A stretch of DNA of 64,000 bases from Clostridiales bacterium (GCA_015055535.1 SVIA01000003.1:16098-80097), one strand, 5' to 3'; counted from the first letter of the stretch, positions 9,783 to 20,341 are shown. Notes: a model not told the origin generated them from the letters alone. Made by a program: numbers and translations.

Positions 9783-10961
9783 ATGGAAAGAAAAGTTTAT
9801 TTAGATAGTGCTAGCACAACTTATGTAAATAGTGAAGTTTTACAAGAAATGATGCCAATGTTTAATGCAAATTTTGCAAACCCTTCTAGTTTGCACTTTT
9901 ATGGTAGAAACGCCAGTGATAAAGTAGATACCGCAAGAATTAAAATTGCAAAAGCCATTAATGCTAAACCAAGTGAAATTTATTTCACTTCTGGTGGAAC
10001 AGAAGCTAATAACTGGGCAATTAGAGGTCTAGCATATGCTAATAAAAGTAAAGGTAATCATATTATAACATCAAAAATAGAACATCATAGCGTGTTAGAT
10101 TCTTGTAAACAACTAGAAAAAGAGGGGTTTAAAGTAACTTATTTAGATGTTGATGAAACAGGTCTAGTAAAGCTTGCCGACTTAATGCATTATTTAACAG
10201 ATGATACTATTTTAGTTTCTATAATGGCAGCTAACAATGAAGTTGGCACTATTCAACATTTAAAAGCATTAGCTCGTACTTGTAAAGAAAAAGAGGGTGT
10301 AATATTTCATACTGACTGCGTTCAAGCATTCTCTCATATTCATCTAGATGTTGAAGAACTTGGAATAGATGCTCTAACAATTTCAGCTCATAAAATTTAT
10401 GGACCGAAAGGGGCAGGAGCTTTATATGTAAAAAAAGGCATTAAAATTGATAATTTAATTTTCGGTGGAAATCAAGAAAGAAGTAAACGTGGTGGAACTT
10501 TAAATGTTCCAGCAATTGTTGGTTTTGGTAAAGCTGTAGAAATTGCTACTCGTGATATGCATGCAGTTCATACAAAATTAAAAATGCTTAGAGATTATTT
10601 ACAAGCTGAAATTATGCAAAAAATTCCAGGCGTTAAATTTAATGGTCATATTGCACAAAGATTGCCTCACATTTTAAACGTAAGCTTTGAATGCATAGAG
10701 GGCGAAAGTATTTTAACTATGCTTGATATGGAAGGAATTTGTGTTTCAACAGGTAGCGCTTGTACTAGTGGAGCATTAGAACCTAGTCATGTACTACAAG
10801 CTATGGGTGTTTCTCATGAATTAAGCAACGGAACAATTAGATTTTCTTTATCTAAAGCTATTAATAAAGAAGATATTGATTATACGGTTGAAAAACTAGT
10901 TAAAATTGTTGAAAGATTAAGAGAAATATCACCACTAATGCTTAAAGGAGGAAAAAAATAA
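9783..10961 (+). CDS. nifS: Cysteine desulfurase NifS (class V aminotransferase)
   Basis: PLP-lysine region SAHKIYGPKG, catalytic Cys STGSACTSG. ATG 9783 follows RBS TAGGAGA and lies downstream of the promoter. Confidence 0.88.
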   Translation: MERKVYLDSASTTYVNSEVLQEMMPMFNANFANPSSLHFYGRNASDKVDTARIKIAKAINAKPSEIYFTSGGTEANNWAIRGLAYANKSKGNHIITSKIEHHSVLDSCKQLEKEGFKVTYLDVDETGLVKLADLMHYLTDDTILVSIMAANNEVGTIQHLKALARTCKEKEGVIFHTDCVQAFSHIHLDVEELGIDALTISAHKIYGPKGAGALYVKKGIKIDNLIFGGNQERSKRGGTLNVPAIVGFGKAVEIATRDMHAVHTKLKMLRDYLQAEIMQKIPGVKFNGHIAQRLPHILNVSFECIEGESILTMLDMEGICVSTGSACTSGALEPSHVLQAMGVSHELSNGTIRFSLSKAINKEDIDYTVEKLVKIVERLREISPLMLKGGKK

Positions 10962-11359
10962 TGTACTCAAAGAAAGTTTTAGACATATTTAAACAACCTA
11001 AAAATGTTGGATTAATAAAAAATGCTAGTGGCACGGGTCAAGTAGGCAACATGAAGTGTGGTGATATTATGAAGATCTATTTAAAAATAGAAGATGAAAA
11101 AGTAATTGATGCCAAGTTTAAAACTTTTGGTTGCGTTGCGGCAATTGTTTCAACAGATATTGCATGTGATAAAATAAAAGGAAAAACAATTGAGGAAGCA
11201 TTACAAATTTCAAATGAAGACATTTTAAAAGAAATGGGTGAAGTTCCTACAAACAAAATACATTGCTCAATTTTAGCAAAAGAAGCTATTGAAGAAGCAG
11301 TTAAAGATTATAGAAAAAAACAAGAAAAACTTGAAAAATTAGAAAATAAAAATAATTAA
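10961..11359 (+). CDS. nifU: NifU-like Fe-S cluster scaffold (IscU N-terminal type)
   Basis: Conserved Cys pattern (GNMKCGD...FGCVAAI...IHCS). Start overlaps the nifS stop (TAATG). Confidence 0.85.
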   Translation: MYSKKVLDIFKQPKNVGLIKNASGTGQVGNMKCGDIMKIYLKIEDEKVIDAKFKTFGCVAAIVSTDIACDKIKGKTIEEALQISNEDILKEMGEVPTNKIHCSILAKEAIEEAVKDYRKKQEKLEKLENKNN

Positions 11360-11360
11360 A

Positions 11361-11381
11361 GTGCTGTTAAGCACTTTTTTA
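11361..11381 (+). terminator. Rho-independent terminator after nifU
   Basis: GTGCT-GTTA-AGCAC hairpin followed by TTTTTT. Confidence 0.6.
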
Positions 11382-11522
11382 TTGTATTTTTACCTTTTTT
11401 CTACATAAGAAAATTATTCTTAATTTTTAATTTTAAATTGGTAAAATGTGGAGTTTTAAAGAAAAATTAAACAGAATATTTTATCAAATTTTGTAGAAAA
11501 TATATTCATAGGAGGATAATCT

Positions 11523-11669
11523 ATGAAAGAATGTTTTTCATTTGGCTTAGCAATGGGTATCATTGTTGGAGCAATTTTAGTACATTCAAGCCCAAAAGTT
11601 CAAAAATTTATGGAAAAAGGTGAAAAATGTATTAAAGAAAAAATTGAAGAAATTCAAGAAAATAATTAA
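11523..11669 (+). CDS. Small (48 aa) membrane protein absent from the ORF track, YtxH-like in pattern
   Basis: ATG 6 nt after RBS AGGAGGA. Translates to MKECFSFGLAMGIIVGAILVHSSPKVQKFMEKGEKCIKEKIEEIQENN (one TM helix plus a charged helix). Bracketed by terminators at 11361 and 11676. Confidence 0.45.
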   Translation: MKECFSFGLAMGIIVGAILVHSSPKVQKFMEKGEKCIKEKIEEIQENN

Positions 11670-11675
11670 AATAAA

Positions 11676-11702
11676 AAGTCAGTTTTATCACTGGCTTTTT
11701 AT
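11676..11702 (+). terminator. Rho-independent terminator after the small ORF
   Basis: AAGTCAGT-TTTATC-ACTGGCTT (one G-U pair) followed by a T-run. Confidence 0.55.
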
Positions 11703-11827
11703 CTTAAAAATATTTTATTTGTTATAAAAGTTAAATTATAAATATTTTTGTCTAAATTTTTAAAAGTTTTTAAAATAGTTTGTTAAAATTTTATATATTT
11801 GCTAAAATATTTTAGAGGTAAATTCTA

Positions 11828-12235
11828 ATGAAGGTAATGGGACTAGATTACGGAAAAGCTAGAATTGGTATAGCACTAAGTGATGTTATGGGATTTTTGG
11901 CAACTCCTTTTACAACGCTAAAGCGAACTAATTTAACAGAAGATATTTCTTTTTTAAAGAAAATTATTCTTGAAAATTCAGTTAAAACAGTTGTAATTGG
12001 TTTACCACTTGAGATGAGTGGAAATAAAGGTTCTATTGCAATTGAAACTCAAGAATTTGCTAAATTATTAAGTAATGAAGCAGAAGTAGAAATTGTTTTT
12101 GTTGATGAAAGGCTATCTAGTATTGAGGCTGAAGAGCAATTAAAACTTACTATTAAAAGCTGGGAAAAAAGAAAACAACTTTTAGACCAAGTTGCAGCCA
12201 GCATTATACTTCAAGGTTACTTAGATAGAAAATAA
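11828..12235 (+). CDS. ruvX: YqgF/RuvX putative pre-16S rRNA nuclease (Holliday junction resolvase-like)
   Basis: MGLDYGKARIGIALSD N-terminus, DERLSS motif, 135 aa. Confidence 0.85.
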   Translation: MKVMGLDYGKARIGIALSDVMGFLATPFTTLKRTNLTEDISFLKKIILENSVKTVVIGLPLEMSGNKGSIAIETQEFAKLLSNEAEVEIVFVDERLSSIEAEEQLKLTIKSWEKRKQLLDQVAASIILQGYLDRK

Positions 12236-12247
12236 AGGAGATTTATT

Positions 12248-12544
12248 ATGGAAGAAAAAAGTGTTTTTGAACAATTGTTAGACCCAAAAGATAGTTCTAA
12301 TATTGTTATTTATGATGAGGCAAACAAACCTGTTGAATTTGAACAAATTGCATTAATACCTGTAAAAGAAAATGTTTACGTAATTTTAAAACCTGTTAAA
12401 AAAATGGAAGGCGTAGGCGAAGATGAAGGTTTAGTGTTTGAACTAGAGGAAGATGAAGAAGGAGAAGAAAATCTAATTTTAGTTGATGATGAAGATATTA
12501 TCGATTTAGTTTTTGCTGAATATGATAAACTTCTAGAAGAATAA
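12248..12544 (+). CDS. DUF1292-family acidic protein
   Basis: 98 aa and acidic, follows ruvX as in many Firmicutes. Pattern ...EFEQIALIP...YVILKP. Confidence 0.65.
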   Translation: MEEKSVFEQLLDPKDSSNIVIYDEANKPVEFEQIALIPVKENVYVILKPVKKMEGVGEDEGLVFELEEDEEGEENLILVDDEDIIDLVFAEYDKLLEE

Positions 12545-12548
12545 AGGT

Positions 12549-13481
12549 ATGAATAAAAACGAAAATAAATACATATTAGTTTTTGGTGGAAGTTCAATTG
12601 ATTTTTTATATAAAGAAACTTCTGAAGGTTACAAAACAGAGCCAACATCAATCAATTTTGGCGGAAAAGGTGCTAATCAAGCAGTAGCAGCAAGTAGAGC
12701 TGGTTATAATGTTAAAATTATAACTTGTGTTGGAAATGATGCTACTGGAAAATTAATTTTACAAAATTTAAAAAATAATAATGTAGATATTAATAATTGT
12801 GAGTTGATTAATGGTGTATCTAATGATGTAAATGATATAAAAGTATCAATTGCTGGTGAAAATGAAATTATTAGAAAAACTGGAGCAATTAACGCTTTTA
12901 CAAAAGAATTGATTGATAAAAATGCTGAGATTATTAAAAACGCTGAAATTGTTATTGCTCAATATAAAATTCCACAAGAAGTTAGTGAGTATTTAATTGA
13001 TTTTTGTTATAAAAATAATGTAAAAATTGTTGTTACTCCTTGTAGACCAGAGCGTTTATCTGTATTAAATAACAATAATAAAGAAATAATTGATAAAATC
13101 ACTTATATTACTTGTAATGAAAAAGAAGCTAAAATTGTTTTTAATAATAAAAGTGTAGAAGAAATTGTATCAAATTATCCAAATAAAGTTATTATAACGC
13201 TTGGAGAAAAAGGCGCAATTTTTCATGATGGAAAAAAAATAATAAAACTACCAGCATTTAAAATTGAAAAGGTAGTTGATACAACTGGAGCTGGAGATAC
13301 TTTAAACGGAAACTTTGTTGTTAGCATTTTAAACGGAAAATCTTTAAAAGAGAGTTTAATTTATGCAATGGCAAGTTCAAGCATTAAAATTCAAAGTGAA
13401 TCGGCACAAGATGGAATGCCAACAAAAAAAGAAACTGAAAAATTTTTAAAGGAATTTACTAATGAACAATATTTTGGTTGA
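12549..13481 (+). CDS. rbsK: Ribokinase / PfkB-family sugar kinase
   Basis: GGKGANQAVAASRAG and DTTGAGDTLNG signature motifs. Confidence 0.75.
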   Translation: MNKNENKYILVFGGSSIDFLYKETSEGYKTEPTSINFGGKGANQAVAASRAGYNVKIITCVGNDATGKLILQNLKNNNVDINNCELINGVSNDVNDIKVSIAGENEIIRKTGAINAFTKELIDKNAEIIKNAEIVIAQYKIPQEVSEYLIDFCYKNNVKIVVTPCRPERLSVLNNNNKEIIDKITYITCNEKEAKIVFNNKSVEEIVSNYPNKVIITLGEKGAIFHDGKKIIKLPAFKIEKVVDTTGAGDTLNGNFVVSILNGKSLKESLIYAMASSSIKIQSESAQDGMPTKKETEKFLKEFTNEQYFG

Positions 13482-14355
13482 TTTACATACACATACAAGC
13501 TGTTCTGATGGAGAATTTTCGCCAGAGCAGCTTTATAATTTAATAAAAGAATATGCTAAAGATAAAAAAGTTGTTTGGTCTGTTACTGACCATAATTGTG
13601 TAGATGCATATGATTTTTTAAAACAAATACAAGATGATAAATTAACTATTATTAATGGTTGTGAATTAGAATTTTCATATAAAAACAAAACTAAAGATAT
13701 ACTTGCTTATAATTTTGATATAAATAAAATGAAGATATTTTTAAATGAGTATTATAATTTAGATAAGAAAATAAAACGACAAGAAGAAATATTAACAAAA
13801 TTTAAAAATATTTGTAAAAATAACAATTTAAAATTTGATAACAATATTGAAATTAAAACTGGAAAGATTGGTGAAGCATATAATTTAATGATGAAAAGCT
13901 TAAAAAAATATGAATGTAATTTAAAAATTTGTCCAGATATAGGAGTTTCTGGATTTTATAGAAAACATTTCATAAATCAAAAATCACAATTTTATGTAAA
14001 GGATGATTTTGAACTTTTAAATTTAAAACAAGTAATAGATGTAATTCATTCTTTTGGTGGCTTGGCTTTTATTGCTCATAGCTTTGATTATGCTGGGGAA
14101 ACAATAGAAGAAGTATTAACATTTTTAACTGATGCTAAAAATGCGGGTGTAGATGGTGTAGAAATTATGCATTTTTCTATCGACAGAAATAAAGAGCAAA
14201 TTTTAAGAAATTTTATTAAAGAAAATAATTTATTAGAAAGTGGCGGAACCGATTATCATGGTAAACTAGTTAAAAATACTGTAAAATTATTTACTGGCAG
14301 AGATAACAATGTTAATATAAATATTAAAAACTTAAAATGGATAAAAAATATTTAA
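13462..14355 (+). CDS. PHP-domain metal-dependent phosphoesterase
   Basis: N-terminal VDLHTHTSCSDG motif, later AHSF and GGTDYHG motifs. Confidence 0.7.
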   Translation: MNNILVDLHTHTSCSDGEFSPEQLYNLIKEYAKDKKVVWSVTDHNCVDAYDFLKQIQDDKLTIINGCELEFSYKNKTKDILAYNFDINKMKIFLNEYYNLDKKIKRQEEILTKFKNICKNNNLKFDNNIEIKTGKIGEAYNLMMKSLKKYECNLKICPDIGVSGFYRKHFINQKSQFYVKDDFELLNLKQVIDVIHSFGGLAFIAHSFDYAGETIEEVLTFLTDAKNAGVDGVEIMHFSIDRNKEQILRNFIKENNLLESGGTDYHGKLVKNTVKLFTGRDNNVNINIKNLKWIKNI

Positions 14356-14372
14356 AAATTTTGCAATAACAC

Positions 14373-14505
14373 TTGCAAATTTTTTTATAGTATGATAATA
14401 TTAAATGGTCAAAATTCACACCTTGTGTAAATTTAAAGATTGTTGCCATATTTTGTGGTGGTCTTTAAAGCTTTAAAACACTTGGGAGGACACAAAAACA
14501 AAATT
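14373..14505 (+). promoter_or_regulatory. rpsB promoter plus a ~100-nt structured leader
   Basis: TTGCAA (14373-78), 17 nt, TGaTAATAT (-10 at 14396-14401). Leader has helix TTTAAAGA (14432-39) / TCTTTAAA (14462-69) and relatively G+C-rich loops. Confidence 0.4.
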
Positions 14506-14522
14506 AAAAGGAGAAAAGAAAA

Positions 14523-15332
14523 ATGAGTGCTGTTTCAATGAAACAATTACTTGAAGCTGGTGTTCACTTTGGACATCAAACAAGAAAATGGAATCCAAAA
14601 ATGGATAAGTATATTTTTACTGCTCGTAAAGATATTCACATTATTGACTTAGAGCAAACTTTAGTATTAGTAGATAAAGCTTATGATTTTATCAGAGATG
14701 CTGTTAAAGAAGGAAAGAGCGTATTATTTGTTGGTACTAAAAAACAAGCACAAGATGCTGTTAAAGAAGAAGCTGAAAGATGTGGTATGTATTATATCAA
14801 TTCTCGTTGGCTTGGTGGTACTTTAACTAACTTTAAAACTGTTAAGAAAAGTATTGAAAGATTAAACAAATTAAATCAAATGGAAAAAACAGGTGAATTT
14901 GATTTATTACCTAAAAAAGAAGTTATTAAACTAAAAACTGAAAGAGATAAACTAGAAAAAAATCTTGGTGGTATTAAAGAAATGACTAAACTTCCAGGAG
15001 TTATATTTGTAGTAGATAGCAAAAAAGAACACATTTGTGTTAAAGAAGCTAAAACTTTAAATATTCCTACCGTTGGTTTAATTGATACTAACTGTGACCC
15101 TGATTATATTACTCATGTTATTCCAGGTAATGATGATGCTATTCGTTCAGTAAAATTAATTGCTGCTGCTATGGCAAATGCTGTTATTGAAGCTAAAGAA
15201 GGTGTTCAATTAACTGTTGAATTACCAGAAATTGAAGGCGAAAAAGCAGCTGAATCTATTGATGATATTGAAAAAGCTTTTGAAGAACCAAAAGCTGAAG
15301 AAAATGTTGAAGAAAAAAAAGATAACGAATAA
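14523..15332 (+). CDS. rpsB: 30S ribosomal protein S2
   Basis: [23 protein letters not shown]-terminus. Confidence 0.98.
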   Translation: MSAVSMKQLLEAGVHFGHQTRKWNPKMDKYIFTARKDIHIIDLEQTLVLVDKAYDFIRDAVKEGKSVLFVGTKKQAQDAVKEEAERCGMYYINSRWLGGTLTNFKTVKKSIERLNKLNQMEKTGEFDLLPKKEVIKLKTERDKLEKNLGGIKEMTKLPGVIFVVDSKKEHICVKEAKTLNIPTVGLIDTNCDPDYITHVIPGNDDAIRSVKLIAAAMANAVIEAKEGVQLTVELPEIEGEKAAESIDDIEKAFEEPKAEENVEEKKDNE

Positions 15333-15355
15333 TTTTATATCAAAGGAGAATAATT

Positions 15356-16009
15356 ATGTTTACAGCTGAAGATGTAAAAAAATTAAGAGAAATGACTGGC
15401 GTTGGTATGATGGATTGCAAAAAAGCATTACAAGAAACTGACGGTAATATTGAAAAAGCTGCAACATACTTAAGAGAAAAAGGTATGGCTGCTGCTAGTA
15501 AAAAAGCAAATAGAATTGCTGCTGAAGGTGTTGTTCAAAGCTATATTCACATGGGCGGAAAAATTGGTGTTTTAGTTGAAGTTAATTGTGAAACTGACTT
15601 CGTTGCAAGAGCAGAAAACTTTATTGCTTTAACTAAAGATATTGCAATGCAAATTGCTGCTGCAAATCCTAAATTTGTAAGCGTTGATGAAGTTCCAGCT
15701 GAAATTATCGAACAAGAAAAAGAAATTTTAAGAGCTAAAGCTTTAAACGAAGGCAAACCAGCTAACATTGTTGAAAAAATGGTTGAAGGTGGAATTAAAA
15801 AATATTACAAAGAAGTTGTTTTATACGAACAAGAATTTGTTAAAGATCCATCAAAAACTATCACTCAAGTTATGAATGAAGCTATTCAAACAATTGGTGA
15901 AAAATTAACAATTAGAAGATTTACTCGTTATGAAATGGGTGAAGGCTTAGAAAAAAGAAAAGAAAATTTTGCTGAAGAAGTAGCAAAATACGGCCAAAAA
16001 GCTGACTAA
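15356..16009 (+). CDS. tsf: Elongation factor Ts (short form)
   Basis: [22 protein letters not shown]-like N-terminus. Follows rpsB. Confidence 0.97.
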   Translation: MFTAEDVKKLREMTGVGMMDCKKALQETDGNIEKAATYLREKGMAAASKKANRIAAEGVVQSYIHMGGKIGVLVEVNCETDFVARAENFIALTKDIAMQIAAANPKFVSVDEVPAEIIEQEKEILRAKALNEGKPANIVEKMVEGGIKKYYKEVVLYEQEFVKDPSKTITQVMNEAIQTIGEKLTIRRFTRYEMGEGLEKRKENFAEEVAKYGQKAD

Positions 16010-16018
16010 TTTTAAATT

Positions 16019-16049
16019 AAAACTTGGACTTTTGTTTCCAAGTTTTTTT
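16019..16049 (+). terminator. Rho-independent terminator after tsf
   Basis: AACTTGGA-CTTTTGTT-TCCAAGTT followed by TTTTT. Confidence 0.7.
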
Positions 16050-16137
16050 ATTTGCTTGTTTGTTTTTATTAATAATGATATAATTTATTTATCAAAATTA
16101 AATTAGTAAATTACTTGTTTATAATTTGGGAGTAAAT

Positions 16138-17142
16138 ATGAACGAATTAATTGATGTTAGAGTAGATAAACGAACTGAACTTATGAGTTTAATGCTATTA
16201 ATTAGTGATTATAGCAAAGAATATCCAGAATTATTAGAAGAATGTAATAATAAAAATTATAGGGATACAATTTTAAATGAATTTTCTAAGTATAAAGACG
16301 AAAAAACTATAAAAATATTAAATGAAATAACAGACAAATTATGTTTTAGTTATGATGCACCATATTTTTTAATTTTGCAGCTTAATAATGATTTAACTTT
16401 TGAAAAACTTGACGATTATCCATTTGTAGGAAGGTTAGAAAGTTCTAAATTAGTATTAGATTTTTTAAAAAGCTTACCTGAATTTTCTAAAAAGATAAAG
16501 TTTGATGAATTTTATGAAAAAAATAAGGATTTTTATTTACTTCCCATAACTCAAATTAAAAATTTAATTAGAGATTACAATATTGTAAAATTTATGAAAG
16601 ATTTTTATAATATGGATTTATCAAATGTTAAATTTGTTATAAATTTAATGTGTTCTGCAACTGGTTATAATTATGGTACAAATAATAATAACGAATTCGT
16701 TTGCAACTGTTGTTTAAGAAAAAGCGATGATGGTAAAATCAATTTTATTGATGAAAAACATAACACTTTAACTTTATATGTTCATGAGTTTAGTCATTCT
16801 ATTGTAAATGAAATAACTGATAAATATAACAATTTGCCAAATGATTTTTTTGATGATATTAAAGATGTAATGACAAAAATGCATTATAATTTAAATAATA
16901 CTATTATAGATGAACATGTTATTAGAGCAATTGAAATTATTTATTTAAAATATGCAGTAAATAGTAAAGAAAGTTTAAAATATGCAGATAAATTAATTAA
17001 AGAGTATAAAGAAATTGGCTTTATTTATATTGAAGATTGCATAAAAAGTTTAGAAAAATACTATTTAAATAGAAATAATTATAAAAACTTTGAAGAATAT
17101 TTTCCACAAATTTTAGAAGATATAAAAACCAGTAAAAACTAA
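16138..17142 (+). CDS. Hypothetical HExxH protein, DUF4932-like putative metallopeptidase
   Basis: HEFSH motif and a VDKRTELMSLMLLIS N-terminal pattern. ATG 16138 follows GGGAG. Sits in the slot where pyrH normally lies. Confidence 0.45.
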   Translation: MNELIDVRVDKRTELMSLMLLISDYSKEYPELLEECNNKNYRDTILNEFSKYKDEKTIKILNEITDKLCFSYDAPYFLILQLNNDLTFEKLDDYPFVGRLESSKLVLDFLKSLPEFSKKIKFDEFYEKNKDFYLLPITQIKNLIRDYNIVKFMKDFYNMDLSNVKFVINLMCSATGYNYGTNNNNEFVCNCCLRKSDDGKINFIDEKHNTLTLYVHEFSHSIVNEITDKYNNLPNDFFDDIKDVMTKMHYNLNNTIIDEHVIRAIEIIYLKYAVNSKESLKYADKLIKEYKEIGFIYIEDCIKSLEKYYLNRNNYKNFEEYFPQILEDIKTSKN

Positions 17143-17222
17143 GAAACTATAGAAGAAAAAATATTTATATACTTACATATTTATATTTTTTTGTGAAATG
17201 ATTTATTTTGGAGGAAAATTAT

Positions 17223-17810
17223 ATGGAACAAATTAAAATTATTTTAGCATCTAAAAGCCCAAGAAGACGTGAACTAATAGAACTTATGGGATTAAAATGT
17301 GAAATTATGCCTAGTGATGCAGAAGAAGATAATAATCAAAAAATAAAACTTGTTAAATTGTCTGAAAGTTTATCACTTTTAAAAGCTCAAGATGTTTTTG
17401 ATAAAACAAGTGGAAATAGAGTTGTTATTGGTTCAGATACCCTTGTTTGTGTTAATGGTAAATATTTGGGTAAACCTAAAAATCGAGAAGAAGGTTTTAA
17501 AATGTTAAAAAGTTTATCTGGTAATACTCATAAAGTAATAACTAGTTTGTGTGTTATAATTGAAAAAGATGGCGAAGTAAAAACTTATAATACTCATGAT
17601 ATTTCTAAGGTTACATTTTTAAAACTTTCAGATGAAACCATTAACAACTATCTGGATTGTGGCGAATATCAAGATAAAGCCGGAGCTTATGCTATTCAAG
17701 GCAGAAGTGGAATGTTTATTAAAAATATAAATGGATCTTTTGCATCTGTTATGGGGCTTCCAACACATATTTTATATGAAATTTTAAAAAAAGAAAATTT
17801 AATTATTTAG
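17223..17810 (+). CDS. maf: Maf-family nucleoside triphosphate pyrophosphatase
   Basis: ILASKSPRRRELI and GSDT motifs, KAGAYAIQG. ATG 17223 follows GGAGGA. Confidence 0.85.
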   Translation: MEQIKIILASKSPRRRELIELMGLKCEIMPSDAEEDNNQKIKLVKLSESLSLLKAQDVFDKTSGNRVVIGSDTLVCVNGKYLGKPKNREEGFKMLKSLSGNTHKVITSLCVIIEKDGEVKTYNTHDISKVTFLKLSDETINNYLDCGEYQDKAGAYAIQGRSGMFIKNINGSFASVMGLPTHILYEILKKENLII

Positions 17811-17867
17811 CAAAAATTGCGGGTTAAATAGATTTGAAAAATATAAAATTTATGATATAATAAAATT

Positions 17868-18608
17868 ATGTTAGAAATTACAAGTAAGAATAATGAATTA
17901 ATAAAATCGTATTTAAAATTAAAAGAAAAAAAATATAGAGATAGTGAAAAACTTCTTTTAATAGAGGGTTATAAAATATTTTTGGAAGCTGAAAAATCGA
18001 GCTTGAAAATTGAAAAAGTGTTAGTTACAAAAGAGTTTTTATCTTTGCATAATGAACTTAATAAATATAACGATAAACTTATTATAATTAATGAAGTTGT
18101 TGGTGAAAAATTAAGTTCTCAAACTAATAATTATTCTTTTTTTGCAGTAGTAAAAAAACCTGAAGTTAATGAGTTTGATACAAGCTTTTTAATTTTAGAT
18201 AATATTCAAGATCCTCAAAATTTGGGAGCTATTATTAGAACTGCTGTTAGTACAAACATACGAAATTTATACTTAATAAATGGAGCAGATGAGTATAACG
18301 AAAAAGTAATTCGTGCTAGCATGGGTAATGTTTTTAAAGTTTATGTGAAACACATAAATTTAGAAGATTTGTCTCATATAAGCAAAGATTATCCAATATA
18401 TTCGGCAAATATGTATGGTGAAAACCTTTTTAAAACTGAAAAGCCTAAAACTAAATTTGGTTTAATATTAGGCAATGAAGGACAAGGAGTAAGTAGAGAA
18501 GTTGAAAAATTTGCAAACAAAATTATTTCAATTCCTATGCAAAATCAAGTCGAAAGTCTAAACGTTGCAGTATCTTGCGGAATTATTTGTTATTATTTAA
18601 AAAATTAA
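17868..18608 (+). CDS. TrmH/SpoU-family RNA 2'-O-methyltransferase
   Basis: DNIQDPQNLGAIIRTA, LILGNEGQGVS and ESLNVAVSCGI motifs. Confidence 0.82.
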   Translation: MLEITSKNNELIKSYLKLKEKKYRDSEKLLLIEGYKIFLEAEKSSLKIEKVLVTKEFLSLHNELNKYNDKLIIINEVVGEKLSSQTNNYSFFAVVKKPEVNEFDTSFLILDNIQDPQNLGAIIRTAVSTNIRNLYLINGADEYNEKVIRASMGNVFKVYVKHINLEDLSHISKDYPIYSANMYGENLFKTEKPKTKFGLILGNEGQGVSREVEKFANKIISIPMQNQVESLNVAVSCGIICYYLKN

Positions 18609-18623
18609 TTTCAAAATATTAAA

Positions 18624-18649
18624 GCAGAATTTAAAAATTCTGTTTTTTT
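18624..18649 (+). terminator. Rho-independent terminator
   Basis: CAGAATTT..AAATTCTG palindrome followed by TTTTTTT. Confidence 0.55.
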
Positions 18650-18880
18650 ATAAAAATTTTAAAAAGTTTTAAAATTTATTTGACCTTAATATTCAATTTG
18701 TGATATAATAAAAATATATGATTGTAAATTGGTAAATTTGTGCCAATTTTTTCTTTTTATTTAGATAACTGATTTTAAAATTATAAAAATTAAAAATGTT
18801 TTTGTTTTTTGTTTATTTATATTTGCAATTTTTCTTTTTTTTTAGTAATATATAATTAGTAATTTTTTAAGGAGAATTTT

Positions 18881-19444
18881 ATGACAACACAAAAAGAAGT
18901 TTATGATAATTTAAAAGAAAATTTAGAAAAGGTTATTAACCATTTAAATGTAGAATATTCATCTATTAGAGCTGGTAGAGCAAATCCTAAAATTTTAGAT
19001 AAAGTATTAGTAGATTACTATGGTACTCCAACTCCACTTTATCAAATGGCAAACATAAGCGTTCCAGAACCAAGAATGCTAGTTATTTCTCTTTGGGATA
19101 CATCTATGATTAAAGATGTAGTTAAAGCTATAAATGAAGCAAATATTGGAATTAATCCAAACGATGACGGTAAAGTAATTCGTCTTGTTTTTCCAATACT
19201 TACTGAAGAAAGAAGAAAAGAATTAGTTAAACAAACTAAAAAGATTGCTGAAGAAGTTAAAGTTAGTGCAAGAAACGAAAGAAGAGATTCTTTAGATAAA
19301 ATTAAACAACTTAAAAAAGATAATTTAATCACTGAAGATATGGAAAAAGCAAGTGGAGTTGAAATTCAAAAAATTTTAGATGAATATATTGCTAAAATTG
19401 ATAAAATTGCCGGTGATAAAGAAAAAGAGGTTATGTCTGTTTAA
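18881..19444 (+). CDS. frr: Ribosome recycling factor
   Basis: Full-length Frr pattern (IRAGRANPKILD...LVFPILTEERRKELVK). Confidence 0.96.
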   Translation: MTTQKEVYDNLKENLEKVINHLNVEYSSIRAGRANPKILDKVLVDYYGTPTPLYQMANISVPEPRMLVISLWDTSMIKDVVKAINEANIGINPNDDGKVIRLVFPILTEERRKELVKQTKKIAEEVKVSARNERRDSLDKIKQLKKDNLITEDMEKASGVEIQKILDEYIAKIDKIAGDKEKEVMSV

Positions 19445-19632
19445 TGGATTTAAACTCATATATTGGTTGTTTAAAGGAAGATGTTATTAATTTTTTAGAA
19501 AGCCAAAACATTAAATATAAGTCTATTACAATTAGTGATAATAATTTTTATGATACTGAACTTTTTGTAAAATTTGAGTATATAAATAATATGTTAACGC
19601 TTTATTTTGATAGATTTAAACTAAACATTTAG
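19444..19632 (+). CDS. Hypothetical 62-aa protein, translationally coupled to frr
   Basis: ATG overlaps the frr stop (TAATG). No recognisable motif. Confidence 0.35.
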   Translation: MDLNSYIGCLKEDVINFLESQNIKYKSITISDNNFYDTELFVKFEYINNMLTLYFDRFKLNI

Positions 19633-19639
19633 GAGTATT

Positions 19640-20329
19640 ATGAAATTAAAAAAATTACCTAATCATATAGGCTTTATATTAGATGGAAACGGAAGATGGG
19701 CTAAAAAAAGAGGATTAAAACGAAATATTGGTCACAAATTTGGAGTAGAGGCTGTAAAAAAAACAGTTGAAGCTTTATTAGAAAAAAATATTAAGTATGC
19801 TTCATTTTTTGTATTTTCTACTGAAAATTTTAAAAGAAGCAAAGAAGAAGTAGATGGTATTTTTGATTTATTAAGACAATATTTAAAAAGTGATGTTAAA
19901 GAATATAAAGAAAAAAATGTAAGATTAATTGTTAGTGGAGATTTAACAAAAATTCCACAAGATTTACAAGAACAAATATTAAATAGTGTTAATGAAACAA
20001 AAAATAATGATAAGCTTATTGTTAATATTTGTTTAAACTATGGTGGTCAACAAGACATAATTCATGCTTGTAATAATATTATTAAAGATAAGCTAGATTT
20101 TGTTGATGAAACTGTATTTAAAAGTTATTTATACACTAAAGATATGCCACCTTTAGACTTTTTAATTAGAACTAGTGGTGAAATTAGAATTTCAAATTTT
20201 ATGTTATTTGATTTGGCTTATTCAGAACTTTATTTTACAAAAACATTATGGCCAGATTTTAACAAAAGAAAATTATTAAAAGCTTTAAAAGAATTTCAGT
20301 TTAGAAACAGACGTTTTGGAAAGGCTTAA
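19640..20329 (+). CDS. uppS: Undecaprenyl diphosphate synthase
   Basis: HIGFILDGNGRWAKKRG and IRTSGEIRISNF motifs. Confidence 0.95.
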   Translation: MKLKKLPNHIGFILDGNGRWAKKRGLKRNIGHKFGVEAVKKTVEALLEKNIKYASFFVFSTENFKRSKEEVDGIFDLLRQYLKSDVKEYKEKNVRLIVSGDLTKIPQDLQEQILNSVNETKNNDKLIVNICLNYGGQQDIIHACNNIIKDKLDFVDETVFKSYLYTKDMPPLDFLIRTSGEIRISNFMLFDLAYSELYFTKTLWPDFNKRKLLKALKEFQFRNRRFGKA

Positions 20330-20341
20330 TTTGGGGGATGT

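Noticed and set aside
18680-18755. Orphan promoter (TTGACC-18-TGaTATAAT) followed by a mini-ORF ATG-ATT-GTA-AAT-TGG-TAA (MIVNW) and a hairpin plus U-run upstream of frr; possible small RNA or Trp-sensing leader
   Set aside because: The hairpin is only 6 bp (AATTGG/CCAATT) with a 10-nt loop. The mini-ORF has no RBS and sits at the predicted TSS. frr has its own promoter further downstream. This is too weak in an AT-rich background.
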